From IMG/VR virus record IMGVR_UViG_3300031997_000620, positions 1 through 64,000 of that record: 64,000 nt of DNA. One strand, written 5' to 3'. Positions within the stretch are counted from its first letter, which is position 1. The number at the start of each line of letters is the position of its first letter. This document shows, one piece after another, positions 48,427-57,562 of the stretch. Source of the DNA: a virus. The notes under the pieces are model-generated. The model did no database searches. It worked only from the letters and a program-made list of their open reading frames with translations, and was not told where the DNA came from. The translations under genes and the position numbers were made by a program.

Positions 48427-49321
48427 TGGGATCTTCCTCTGTTAGCGTTGCTCCGCCGGTAGCAGCTTGTGCAGTCTGCGTACCTAATTCTAGGGCATTA
48501 AGATGTCCATATAAAATTACTGATGGATAAAATTTGTTAATCATAGAAGTATCATGTGCTTCAATGCTAATTTGCAAATTCTCATTTGCTGCCGGGTGTG
48601 GGATACAAACAGGTCCAATCTGATATGTTCCAAGATACCCGGAAGGGTTAACTCCTGCATGTACCGTTGTCGCAGAGGGAGTTACGCTTTTCAAGCTAAT
48701 GGTAAAAGTAGGAGTCCCAATAACTTCAAGGGCAGGGTTTCCATAAACCGATAAGTTTGCCCAAGCCATCGTGAATCCTGCCTCGTTAATGGGGATATAG
48801 TCAAACTCTGTTCCCGGTCCTCCCATGACTGTAAAAACAGTATTGTTATTTATGTCGAAGTAGAAAGTCTCTTGAACCCTACCTTTAATGGAAAATACAT
48901 AAGGGTCAATGATTACCGTCTCAGAAAATGGGCCTTGAGTTCCGTCTGATCTTAAACCACGAACTCTAACAAATGTTATAGTTGAAAGACCTTCAATGAT
49001 AGCAGATTGTCCAAAGGTTGAAGATGTAGTGAAAGATGAAAAATTGGGATGAGTAGAAATGTGAATTTCATAAATTGCTATTCTCTGGTCAGGAAGGGCC
49101 TCCCACTCTAGGAGTGCGCCTCGCACTACAGGGGTAGCTGTTACCACTGGAATTGACAAGTGCTGATTCGGCTTGCGTCTAAGGAACTCTAGAGAGGTGT
49201 TTAGATTTGTGATTTCATTTTGATCGTCCATCTCGGCCAAAGATCGTTCCATTTCACGTTGCTGGCCTGGGGTAAGGCCCGTAAATAGACGAGCAAATTG
49301 CCGGATAGTTTGTTTGCCCAT
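48413..49321 (-). CDS. FN3-like tail protein
   Basis: LEW, YEIHIS...F, FVRVRG...GPFS. Confidence 0.65.
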   Translation of the reverse strand: MGKQTIRQFARLFTGLTPGQQREMERSLAEMDDQNEITNLNTSLEFLRRKPNQHLSIPVVTATPVVRGALLEWEALPDQRIAIYEIHISTHPNFSSFTTSSTFGQSAIIEGLSTITFVRVRGLRSDGTQGPFSETVIIDPYVFSIKGRVQETFYFDINNNTVFTVMGGPGTEFDYIPINEAGFTMAWANLSVYGNPALEVIGTPTFTISLKSVTPSATTVHAGVNPSGYLGTYQIGPVCIPHPAANENLQISIEAHDTSMINKFYPSVILYGHLNALELGTQTAQAATGGATLTEEDPSGHP

Positions 49322-50340
49322 TACGAATCAAGCACGTATTCAAATGACGAGAAATTTCGAATAGTAATGAATGCCCCTACAGCGTTGGGAGCAAGAACAG
49401 TAACAAGAGGATCTAGTGTGCTTAACCATCCTGACTGCCTAGGCTTCTGAGAGCTTAAACGAGCTTGCAGTTTTATTGCAATATCTCCACTCTGAACTTG
49501 ATGTAACCGTTGACAAAAAGTCCCAGTTCGACCTGTGCGGAGCGGCCCAGGCAGAAGAAACGGCCCACGATCAATTGTTCCCTGAATATCATCTCCCAAT
49601 TGAGTCCCTGTGTGGGCACGCATTCCTTGAACGTTGTAGTTAGTTACTTGATATGTGTTTCCAATTTGTTTTCCATTTTCTGTCCATCTAAATTCTATAT
49701 CAGACCAGATAAGGTTATACAGGGGGCTAGTTTGAAGTTGAGGGCGGATATAAAAGTTGCACATGTAGAAGATAGACCCCCCAACTGCGGGGTGGGTTAT
49801 GCTCAAAACATCAAGCCAATTATTCCTAGTAGCTATTCTGGAGACAAATGATCCGTGAGTTCTATTGTCAAATACAGAGGAAGCTCTTGCTCGCAACGCG
49901 GCCTGTTCGATTGTTTCAGACCAAGGCCCAACTTCTCCATCAGTGCTAACTACTCGCAGCCTAAAAAAATAAACAAACCCAGGCTCAAGTTCCGTGAAAG
50001 TAAAAACAGGTTCACACGATTGGTATCTGTCGAAATTGCTAAAATTTCTATAGCGAGAAACGTCTTGCTCATAGAACAGGAATTTTCTCAATCCACGAGG
50101 AGGCTTATAGATAAACCGAATTTCATGATAATTTACTTCAATAATAAGGTCATGAGTTGTAATCTTAGGTAGGAACTCTGTGAATTTCCTGCTGAACGTC
50201 TGTTGAACTTGAGCAGCAAGGGAATTGTCCATTGCTGTGCGTAAGTGAGAAAGAAATAGCTTTAGCTGATTTACTCTACCTGCGGGCCATTGCCGTAGCT
50301 TGGTTTCCTGATTCGGAATTGTCCTACGAAATATAGCCAT
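49321..50340 (-). CDS. FN3-like tail protein
   Basis: YEQDVS...F, LEPG..YFFRLRVV...GPWS. Confidence 0.65.
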   Translation of the reverse strand: MAIFRRTIPNQETKLRQWPAGRVNQLKLFLSHLRTAMDNSLAAQVQQTFSRKFTEFLPKITTHDLIIEVNYHEIRFIYKPPRGLRKFLFYEQDVSRYRNFSNFDRYQSCEPVFTFTELEPGFVYFFRLRVVSTDGEVGPWSETIEQAALRARASSVFDNRTHGSFVSRIATRNNWLDVLSITHPAVGGSIFYMCNFYIRPQLQTSPLYNLIWSDIEFRWTENGKQIGNTYQVTNYNVQGMRAHTGTQLGDDIQGTIDRGPFLLPGPLRTGRTGTFCQRLHQVQSGDIAIKLQARLSSQKPRQSGWLSTLDPLVTVLAPNAVGAFITIRNFSSFEYVLDS

Positions 50341-52949
50341 TAATTGGGGCCTCCTCCTCCACCCGAAACATTTTCAAGGTCAGTTACCGGGAACTGCCCC
50401 TCTCTTACGTGGAAGTACAGTCTAAGTGCAGTAATCGAACTATCCACACTTAGGTCCGAGTTGGTTAAAGTTATTCTCACATATTCAGATCTCACAGCAG
50501 TTCCAAACTTCACCGGCAATCGGAGCAGAGAGTTGTTGCTTCCAAAGTTAAAAGTTAGGGTTGCTGTATCTGTAGGCTGTGCTTGATCGGGGCCTTTAGC
50601 CATATCGATTGTAGCCGTCCAAGTACAAGCGTCTCCTTTTTGTCGAATTTCTAGATATGTAGGCTCAACCTTCCCCGTTACCCCTTCGGACTCTGCCCCA
50701 AGCGGGCCTAAGCGCAAATAGGGAGACTGGAAGGTAGTAGTGACAGCACTTTCAACGCCTGCGGTACTTGTCCAGTTCTGGGAGGTTGTTGTGATTATTT
50801 CCATAATCATTCCATCATCTGTACCAGCATAGATATGAAAGTCGCCATTAGAGTCTTCAATCTCTTCGGCACAAATTAGGTTTAATTCGGCAGGAGGAGT
50901 TATATTAGACCACCACCCGGTTCGAATATCATCTACCGCGTACTGGTAATGTAAGATGGAGTCATATACCGGAGGCGTATCAGGAGCAACATCTGCCGCA
51001 CTAGGATTAAACTGAATTAGGCTATTTCTGGCCTTGCTATGAGCAGTATGGACATACTCAATATTCGTTCTATCTAGAGCCGCATACTTGTCTCTAATTG
51101 GCTCACTAACCTTAGATGTATCATTCAAATCGTAAAGTCTCAGGCCGTCACGGTCTACGGCATACCCTACAAGTTTTGCGGTTCCACATGCTCGCCGACC
51201 TACGCATCCCATATTCTCTATCATTTTGTCTACTGCAAAATCTGGGTTATCCCCGATTACTTGCCATTTTCCTGTTTCAGTTTCTACAACGATACCGCTG
51301 TAAGTCTCATAGATGCCAGTGATTTTATCGTCCAACTCAAATGTATTAATGAGAGGCCATGCTTCGAGGCTGTCATCTTCCGAGAAGTAAAGGGTGTTCG
51401 GGCTCTGTGCATCTCCAGCCATAAACCCGGTGCGCTTCCAAATCTTGAAGATACCCCCATGAGGCGGCTCGGAGTTATCAGACGAGAAGTCTCCAGCCTG
51501 AGGAGCCGTAACTTCCGAGAGTGAGCCATCAGGTACCTCGTCTTGGAATGAAGTTTCTACGTTATTCGGCAACTCGGTAAGCTTGAGGAAAATAGTTCCA
51601 CCAGCCACAGTTCTGTACAGTCTTCGCGCTGTAACTTGCTTATCTACAGCCACCGGGATAAAATTGAGATAGAAAGTTCCATGAAGTTGAGCTGTTAACT
51701 CTGTAGACTTTGGGCCAGTATTAGATTCAAATCCATACTTGTTGACGAACGATGTTCTCCATTGGTAGGTGCCAGTGAAAAGACCATTTCCTAGAGCTAA
51801 AACGGTAGGAGCACCCTGATCGAATACCACAAACTTGTCCAAACGGATGCCCTCAAATATGGTTCCGGTGGCGCTCTGAAACTCAAACTTGAGAAATGTT
51901 ACGTTACTGTTTGTACCAGCAGGATCGGGATTGAACGTTCCTAGCTTTCTACCAAATGGGCCGTCTTCATAGCTATTGAAACCTGATTGACCATAGTGTA
52001 TAGGCCCACCGTTAGCAATAGCGGACGCAATGTCAATCTTGATAAAGTTCCAGCCTTCGTTTAGATCACCTTTCTGGTAATCGAATCTCCAATAGTTAGA
52101 TGCGTTTGTTCCCAGGTAAACTGAAAAACAACGAGCTAAACCTGAAGATGTATCAGGTGTAGCTGTAAATGCGTTGTCTAATTGCCCTCTGGGGATGTAC
52201 AACCAGAAGGCCACGCGCTCCTGTGAGGCCCCTCCAATGAGGCCAACAGTTCTTGTATCACGAATCACATCAAATGCAGTTACGGTTTTTTGAATCGAAC
52301 AAAGGGTGGTTGCTGCGGTTTGATTGATCTGGACTGCTGCACCATCATAGGATACGGTAGTGTCATCCGTAACCGTGCAGTTTGAAATTCCCGTTGTCCA
52401 AGTACCTGCACTAGAGAAGTCTTCTTTAATCTCTTCTTGAGATCCGGGAGGCTTGAGCCCCCAATTGCTGATACGAGCCCCGTCATACTTAAGCATTTGG
52501 TCGCCCCGACCGATGATGTCGGGGTCATAGTTAGTCATATAGAGAAATCTATCTAGCTGATCGTAAGTATGAAAAAGTCCGCTTACCCTTCCGCTAGTGG
52601 AAGCGGTTCCGGCAGAGGTATTGGGAATATCATCTAAAGCTGTTCCGTTAAGCTTCTTTATGTAGGTGCCTGAAGCGATCATGACGTGACGAAGGATAGC
52701 TCCTGCAAGGTCTGATGCTTTGTAGAATCCAATCCAAGAAATCGGTTTAGCAACCGCGGCTTCTGTATAGGGTGCAGATAGGACTCGACTTGAGCCCTTT
52801 AGTTTGGAAGTGGCTCCATAGATATTGAAGAAGTCAACATTGCTTGCAACCTTTAGTTGCTCGGGAGCTAGGACATCAGTAGAAGATTTGGTATAAAGCC
52901 CTGCCCAGTTCTTAAGGTCAACGTAAGGCAGCCTCGGCCGATCCGGCAT
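50340..52949 (-). CDS. tail nozzle / DNA stabilisation protein (P22 gp10 / T7 gp12-like)
   Basis: Beta-propeller-type sequence (LYFSE...EAWP, GCVG); RRLYRT..GG insertion; follows the adaptor. Confidence 0.7.
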   Translation of the reverse strand: MPDRPRLPYVDLKNWAGLYTKSSTDVLAPEQLKVASNVDFFNIYGATSKLKGSSRVLSAPYTEAAVAKPISWIGFYKASDLAGAILRHVMIASGTYIKKLNGTALDDIPNTSAGTASTSGRVSGLFHTYDQLDRFLYMTNYDPDIIGRGDQMLKYDGARISNWGLKPPGSQEEIKEDFSSAGTWTTGISNCTVTDDTTVSYDGAAVQINQTAATTLCSIQKTVTAFDVIRDTRTVGLIGGASQERVAFWLYIPRGQLDNAFTATPDTSSGLARCFSVYLGTNASNYWRFDYQKGDLNEGWNFIKIDIASAIANGGPIHYGQSGFNSYEDGPFGRKLGTFNPDPAGTNSNVTFLKFEFQSATGTIFEGIRLDKFVVFDQGAPTVLALGNGLFTGTYQWRTSFVNKYGFESNTGPKSTELTAQLHGTFYLNFIPVAVDKQVTARRLYRTVAGGTIFLKLTELPNNVETSFQDEVPDGSLSEVTAPQAGDFSSDNSEPPHGGIFKIWKRTGFMAGDAQSPNTLYFSEDDSLEAWPLINTFELDDKITGIYETYSGIVVETETGKWQVIGDNPDFAVDKMIENMGCVGRRACGTAKLVGYAVDRDGLRLYDLNDTSKVSEPIRDKYAALDRTNIEYVHTAHSKARNSLIQFNPSAADVAPDTPPVYDSILHYQYAVDDIRTGWWSNITPPAELNLICAEEIEDSNGDFHIYAGTDDGMIMEIITTTSQNWTSTAGVESAVTTTFQSPYLRLGPLGAESEGVTGKVEPTYLEIRQKGDACTWTATIDMAKGPDQAQPTDTATLTFNFGSNNSLLRLPVKFGTAVRSEYVRITLTNSDLSVDSSITALRLYFHVREGQFPVTDLENVSGGGGGPN

Positions 52950-53019
52950 AGCACATTCTCCTAGTTATCAACAACCCTTAACAACAGCAACATGTCCAGC
53001 TACAATGTCAGTATCAACT

Positions 53020-53718
53020 CTAACTGTCCCTGTAATGTGGAACAAACGGCACAATCCCTTGCTGTGACGTAATCCGATCATCAATATACCTAAGCCACTT
53101 AATCTCCCACTCACTTCTCCAAGTCATGAACGTTCTCTGGAGCCCTGCCTCCTGAAGCTCCTCTGCGTGCATCAGTCCAACAACGGTATCTAGTACTAAC
53201 AGCTCGTCAAAGATTTCAGGGAAGTCCGGATGTAGGACATCTCCATCATCAACAATCTCTGTGGGAATACCATTGTACTCCATCCTGAGTCCCTGTGATA
53301 CTGTGATCTGGGGGGCGGGCTCTAGCACAAACCCACCGCTAATCGGGCGGAAGTGGCAGTAGTAAGAGTCCTGTCCGTAGGCACCCGAAACCGGGTTGCT
53401 CTCGTATCGCCGCTCATATCGTTGAATCGGTGACACCCTGCCATCAGCCCGGACAAGTTCCAGCTTTAGCAAGCGGGTGAACCCCGGAGGCCACTCGTAT
53501 CTAGCTTTGAGGGCTTCAATATCTCGGAAGGACACATTCTGAAAGTGTCCCTCATGAGCTAGGTGCAGTTCCGTACAGCGCAGCCGATATTGCGAATTTA
53601 GAACCTGTCGAATGAAGGCGTTATCCCAATGTGAGACAGCTTCGTCGGGCTGTTTGATGTATCTGCGAGTACGGATAATTAGCTGACCTACTGTACGCGC
53701 AAGCTGGGCTGTAGCCAT
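53020..53718 (-). CDS. head-tail adaptor / tail tubular protein A-like
   Basis: L...R..I...W, Y.WP, L.PAP, P..F.ELLV pattern; position. Confidence 0.7.
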   Translation of the reverse strand: MATAQLARTVGQLIIRTRRYIKQPDEAVSHWDNAFIRQVLNSQYRLRCTELHLAHEGHFQNVSFRDIEALKARYEWPPGFTRLLKLELVRADGRVSPIQRYERRYESNPVSGAYGQDSYYCHFRPISGGFVLEPAPQITVSQGLRMEYNGIPTEIVDDGDVLHPDFPEIFDELLVLDTVVGLMHAEELQEAGLQRTFMTWRSEWEIKWLRYIDDRITSQQGIVPFVPHYRDS

Positions 53719-53720
53719 TC

Positions 53721-54236
53721 TTACTCCTCTAGCGCCTTAATGCGCGCAGTCCATCCCCGTCCAAATCGTACAGCTCCTCTAATTCTCTTTACTCTTACTT
53801 CCCGGTTTGCATTATACCTTTTAGCTAAACTGTCCTCTCCATGCTCGGCTGTATAATCAAGCACCGATTGAATAGTCTTGGCCCCCATGTTTCCATCCGG
53901 TTTGTTTCCTAAGATTCTCTGAAGAGACTTAACAGCCGTAGATTGTCCCGACAAGACAGCACTGTCCATAACCGTCTTACCAACTGCACGCGGAAGCTGC
54001 TCGCCTTGGATCTTGTTCCAGTATTCTCTTTCGTAGATCTTTGTAGCGTCTTCTTGAGCTAGGTTTTTGACATCTACGTCAGGGAAGGTGTTTTTGGAAA
54101 TGCCAAACTTCGTTTCCCCTCCATACTTTTTCGGGTAATCAACAAGCTGGTCCGTCTCGTGTTTGTAGACGTGCTGAAGCGCCTCTACAAACTTAGGCTT
54201 CTCGAACGGGTTTCGCTTTTTCTTCTCTTCAGCCAC
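53721..54236 (-). CDS. glycoside hydrolase family 108 lysozyme
   Basis: HE...GGETKFGIS, IY...YW, D.AV.SG, LQRILG..DG..G..T, FGRGW..R. Confidence 0.85.
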   Translation of the reverse strand: MAEEKKKRNPFEKPKFVEALQHVYKHETDQLVDYPKKYGGETKFGISKNTFPDVDVKNLAQEDATKIYEREYWNKIQGEQLPRAVGKTVMDSAVLSGQSTAVKSLQRILGNKPDGNMGAKTIQSVLDYTAEHGEDSLAKRYNANREVRVKRIRGAVRFGRGWTARIKALEE

Positions 54237-54240
54237 TACT

Positions 54241-54933
54241 TTACTCTTTTCTCCACTGCTCGGGCAAAATGAGCCCGCCTTCAGTGTCCGTCAGAGGGCG
54301 AACAATCCGACTCTTATTGCCTTGCCCACTAAAGCTAGTGATGATGTCCTTCGTGGGATTGGTGGCGTTGATCCTTCCGCTCGACATATTGTCCATAGCG
54401 CGTGTGAGGAGCCACCTGTTCTCTTCCATGACCGCATTGTTCAATTCTTGGACATCCGCCTTCTCAGACTCCTTGATCGTGTCTACGCCCTGACGAAGCA
54501 TCTCGAAATACTTTTTCATTCCGTATTTCGTAATGATGCTAGTCTGAAGATGTAGGCGACGAGCAAGGTGAGAAAGGTAGGCGGGTGAGGAGGATAGAAC
54601 CGGGGCAACGTGACTCCACCCATGCTGATGCAGCTCCCAGATGTGCCAGAGATTTTCAACGATGGGAGCATTATCCGGTCGCCGGAGTACCCAGCCCCAA
54701 ACCTCTCTGCTGTGTTCTTCATGAATGTGGAAGCGAGGGTCTTCAGCCGCGCCCATATACTCATTCATAACGGGATCTGTCTCAGTACGGTAGTCGTGCC
54801 AGACAAGATGCAGCCGGTTATCAATGCTTCTTAGGTCATCAAAGAACCCACCACATAGGTCTACACCCGGCCTAAATTGCCGGAAGTACACGTTCGAACG
54901 CGGACGAAAAGTCCTCGGGAGCTTATAGCTCAT
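54241..54933 (-). CDS. hypothetical virion-module protein
   Basis: 230-aa ORF with GGAGGAGG RBS. Confidence 0.65.
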   Translation of the reverse strand: MSYKLPRTFRPRSNVYFRQFRPGVDLCGGFFDDLRSIDNRLHLVWHDYRTETDPVMNEYMGAAEDPRFHIHEEHSREVWGWVLRRPDNAPIVENLWHIWELHQHGWSHVAPVLSSSPAYLSHLARRLHLQTSIITKYGMKKYFEMLRQGVDTIKESEKADVQELNNAVMEENRWLLTRAMDNMSSGRINATNPTKDIITSFSGQGNKSRIVRPLTDTEGGLILPEQWRKE

Positions 54934-54960
54934 TTTCTATCCTCCTCCCCTTAAGTTAGA

Positions 54961-55239
54961 CTATGACCAGACGCTATCGCCAAACACTAGAACTACGTGG
55001 GCAATTGCACCAGCAGGGTCACGTAGCGTGACGGTCTTGCCGCTTACAGTAGCCGAACAATTCTGGGTCGTGGAGCCTGCATCTGCCGCCGGGAACATAC
55101 ATGCAAACGACGGTGAAGCGAGCTTACTTACAACAGTATCATCATTGGATGCTGTTGCGAGATAGATTACTTCCATCTTGAACGGGCCTAGAGCAACGAT
55201 AAAACTCTTATCGCCTTTAACCGGGGTTAGTGCTGACAT
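54961..55239 (-). CDS. small beta-rich virion protein (decoration-like)
   Basis: GGAG RBS; beta-strand composition; near the capsid gene. Confidence 0.5.
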   Translation of the reverse strand: MSALTPVKGDKSFIVALGPFKMEVIYLATASNDDTVVSKLASPSFACMFPAADAGSTTQNCSATVSGKTVTLRDPAGAIAHVVLVFGDSVWS

Positions 55240-55390
55240 CTAATTTCTCCTTGTATTTCTTTTGCTTTTCTTCTCTGCACCTGTCACAAAACTTGGGTCT
55301 CTTGCCCTGTAGCCGTTTAAGGTAGAGCTGAGTTCCGCAAGTGTCACATCGGGTCCAGAGGACTCTGTTATCTCTCATATACCTGAAATA

Positions 55391-55420
55391 GTTCGGGGGA
55401 TTCCGGAGAATCCCCCGAAC
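55391..55420. other. 13-bp perfect hairpin
   Basis: GTTCGGGGGATTC-CGGA-GAATCCCCCGAAC; no clear U-tract. Confidence 0.7.
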
Positions 55421-55444
55421 ACCTTATTAAGTTGTAACTCTAGC

Positions 55445-55813
55445 TTATGCTAGTGATTCAACGTCGCGGGCGCCATCCCCTACTGCGAAGAAGGTTAGCA
55501 CGGGGTTATCTCCAGCAGCAGCCTGGGTGGCAGCAGTTTTAAAGACGACAACTTCATTTGCAGTTGACTGCCAAATAACCGAAGCTTCTACGGCGGTGAC
55601 TTCCGCACCAGTGAGTTGCTTAATTGTAAAGCTAACATGGTCGATCGTAGTTAGACCCAGATCGTTCGGAGACACGGGCTCTCCACCAACCGTATACGGA
55701 GCCATTGTGATAATGCCCCATGTCTGCGTCTTGCCCTGCTTCGGACTGCCTGAAGTATTGAAGCCCGGACCCGGAAGATACGAGCGCCCTAGAATCTGTA
55801 CTGTTTTTGCCAT
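55445..55813 (-). CDS. capsid decoration / head-fibre-like protein
   Basis: Y.VGGE...LGL motif; late promoter motif upstream. Confidence 0.55.
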   Translation of the reverse strand: MAKTVQILGRSYLPGPGFNTSGSPKQGKTQTWGIITMAPYTVGGEPVSPNDLGLTTIDHVSFTIKQLTGAEVTAVEASVIWQSTANEVVVFKTAATQAAAGDNPVLTFFAVGDGARDVESLA

Positions 55814-55899
55814 TATGTTTTCCTTTTCTTTAGGAGCCGCGTTCCAAGTAGATTGCGGTCTTTCCTATTGTTTATTTTATGATGCAGGCATTCTCCGCC

Positions 55900-55912
55900 C
55901 TATTAAATTATC
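55900..55912 (-). promoter_or_regulatory. late promoter motif GATAATTWAATAG
   Basis: Repeated motif immediately after a terminator. Confidence 0.7.
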
Positions 55913-55926
55913 TCAATTTATTCAAC

Positions 55927-55962
55927 AAAAAAGAACCCCAAGACGATGCCCTGGGGTTCTTT
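55927..55962 (-). terminator. rho-independent terminator
   Basis: AAGAACCCCA / TGGGGTTCTT stem plus U-tract on the - strand. Confidence 0.8.
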
Positions 55963-55993
55963 AGATGCCTATCTGACGATAGGACTTGGAGAG

Positions 55994-56105
55994 CCGATGG
56001 TTATTCCGATTGGTTACGGAGCACTTTGAGGAGTGACTTACTGGATTTAAAATCATAATACCGACTGGTTACGGAGCACTTCCTCAAGTGACTAACTGAT
56101 TATAA
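55994..56105 (-). repeat. tandem 55-nt-period repeat, candidate structured RNA
   Basis: CCGAYTGGTTACGGAGCACTT-N5-AGTGACT at 56006 and 56061, plus a partial CCGATGGTTA at 55994. Confidence 0.8.
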
Positions 56106-56119
56106 TGTGACTCTCTCTA

Positions 56120-56410
56120 CTATTCTGCGCCGTAGTTAATCATTCCGCCATGATACGAGACAACAATAATATCTTGTCCAACCGTACCATTATCAATGTT
56201 AAGCACATTTGCTTTTGCGCCACCACCGAGATAGAAACCTAGGGCCTTTCTCGTTGCCTGCGTACCACCCATCGGTACCGCATCTCGGGCCGGAGCCGGT
56301 AGAACAAGATGATCGCTAGTAGCTGTTGCAATGCGAACACGAGTAATACCAATCTGCTCGCCAGTCTTAAGGTCAACGAAAGTTTGACCTAGGGGTAGAA
56401 TCTTAGCCAT
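56120..56410 (-). CDS. small virion protein (decoration-like)
   Basis: AGGAG RBS; late promoter motif upstream; beta-rich. Confidence 0.55.
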   Translation of the reverse strand: MAKILPLGQTFVDLKTGEQIGITRVRIATATSDHLVLPAPARDAVPMGGTQATRKALGFYLGGGAKANVLNIDNGTVGQDIIVVSYHGGMINYGAE

Positions 56411-56468
56411 ATTAGGGATTCTCCTTTCTTAGAGATTTAGAGGGCGAGCATGAAGCTAGCTTCTCTTC

Positions 56469-56481
56469 CTATTTAATTATC
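56469..56481 (-). promoter_or_regulatory. late promoter motif GATAATTWAATAG
   Basis: Repeated motif. Confidence 0.7.
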
Positions 56482-56490
56482 TCTCTTCTC

Positions 56491-56778
56491 TTATTTATGT
56501 GCAAGTACCGACGCACGGAAATGCGGTCTTTCTGCCTCTTCTAAGGTTTTAAACTTTTTTGAATCCCTGAATCCTTTATGGTACCCATCTTCAAACCCTT
56601 GGGCATACTCTTCAGAGGGAACAAAGATGTGCTTGTGAAGTATAGACGTTTTGATTCGGCTGATGGTGCTAGCATCTACTTGAAAATGCTGAGCTATTCG
56701 CTTGTTGGGGGTTCCTACTTTTAGGAGTTTCTTTATTGTGAAAACATCTTCGTCATTGAGTTTTTTCATAAAGCTCAA
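56491..56778 (-). CDS. HTH protein
   Basis: KL.DEDV..IK...IAQHFQVDASTISRIK. Confidence 0.7.
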   Translation of the reverse strand: MSFMKKLNDEDVFTIKKLLKVGTPNKRIAQHFQVDASTISRIKTSILHKHIFVPSEEYAQGFEDGYHKGFRDSKKFKTLEEAERPHFRASVLAHK

Positions 56779-57077
56779 AAAAAGGCACTCTCTTAACGAT
56801 TGCCTTGGTAAAGTTTTTGGGGTTATCTTTTACATCTTGAAGTACCCATTCTACGTTATTTTTATAATCATAAATGCTAACTTTTGAGGTGCGGGTTATA
56901 ACCACGGTAAATCTACTTGTTCTATAAATAACATTATCTTGTCTTGAATTAAATAGGTCTGACAAGATTGATTTCTTTAAGGAATCTCGCATGACTTTTG
57001 CCCAATGTTGCAAACGGGCATCACTAAAGTTTCCCGCTGGCATCTGAACACTCATGCTATACTTCTTTATGTTTATC

Positions 57078-57455
57078 TTACTTGACATTGGTGTCTGATA
57101 TCTTTGCTGCAAAGAGGTGAAAGTCCATGTTCATCTTAAGGACAAACTCTTCGACCTTATCGATACAGGCCATTGCATCTTTATGGCACTCAATCAAAAA
57201 CTCGTCTGTGGATTGAGGGACTGCTCCTGTTCTGGGATTTCCAGATGATATGAACCGATTTACCATATAATCCGTGGGGTACTTTTCTCGGGCGATTTCG
57301 AGTTCCGCACATACCCCCAAGTGCTTCCAAGGCTGATGATCGGGAAATTCAAAATAGACATCAATCGCCAAATCGTATAGCTCGTCGTCTAGCTGGAAGT
57401 AATACTTACAGCCTTTGTATTCAAACTTTTTACTCGTCAGCGGGGGTTTCGGCAA
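57078..57455 (-). CDS. hypothetical protein (first gene of an inserted cassette)
   Basis: GAGGAGG RBS; own promoter. Confidence 0.55.
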   Translation of the reverse strand: MPKPPLTSKKFEYKGCKYYFQLDDELYDLAIDVYFEFPDHQPWKHLGVCAELEIAREKYPTDYMVNRFISSGNPRTGAVPQSTDEFLIECHKDAMACIDKVEEFVLKMNMDFHLFAAKISDTNVK

Positions 57456-57472
57456 GGATATCCTCCTCTAGT

Positions 57473-57501
57473 ATTATCGCCTTTCCTCGTAAAAATAGCA
57501 A
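57473..57501 (-). promoter_or_regulatory. sigma70-type promoter
   Basis: TTGCTA-17 nt-GATAAT, then GAGGAGG RBS. Confidence 0.65.
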
Positions 57502-57504
57502 GTG

Positions 57505-57534
57505 AAAACCCCCGGAAAGTTGCCTTTCCGGGGG
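57505..57534 (-). terminator. terminator after the major capsid gene
   Basis: CCCCCGGAAAG / CTTTCCGGGGG stem plus TTTT. Confidence 0.85.
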
Positions 57535-57562
57535 CTTACGTTCGCTAACCTATGCTGTCCGC

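Noticed and set aside
55965-56000. Hammerhead ribozyme core (CTGACGA)
   Set aside because: There is no properly placed GAAA or stem II, and the motif sits in a simple CCTATC/GATAGG hairpin.
55994-56105. CRISPR mini-array
   Set aside because: There are only two units, the variation lies inside the repeat, the intervening sequence is short, and no cas genes are present.
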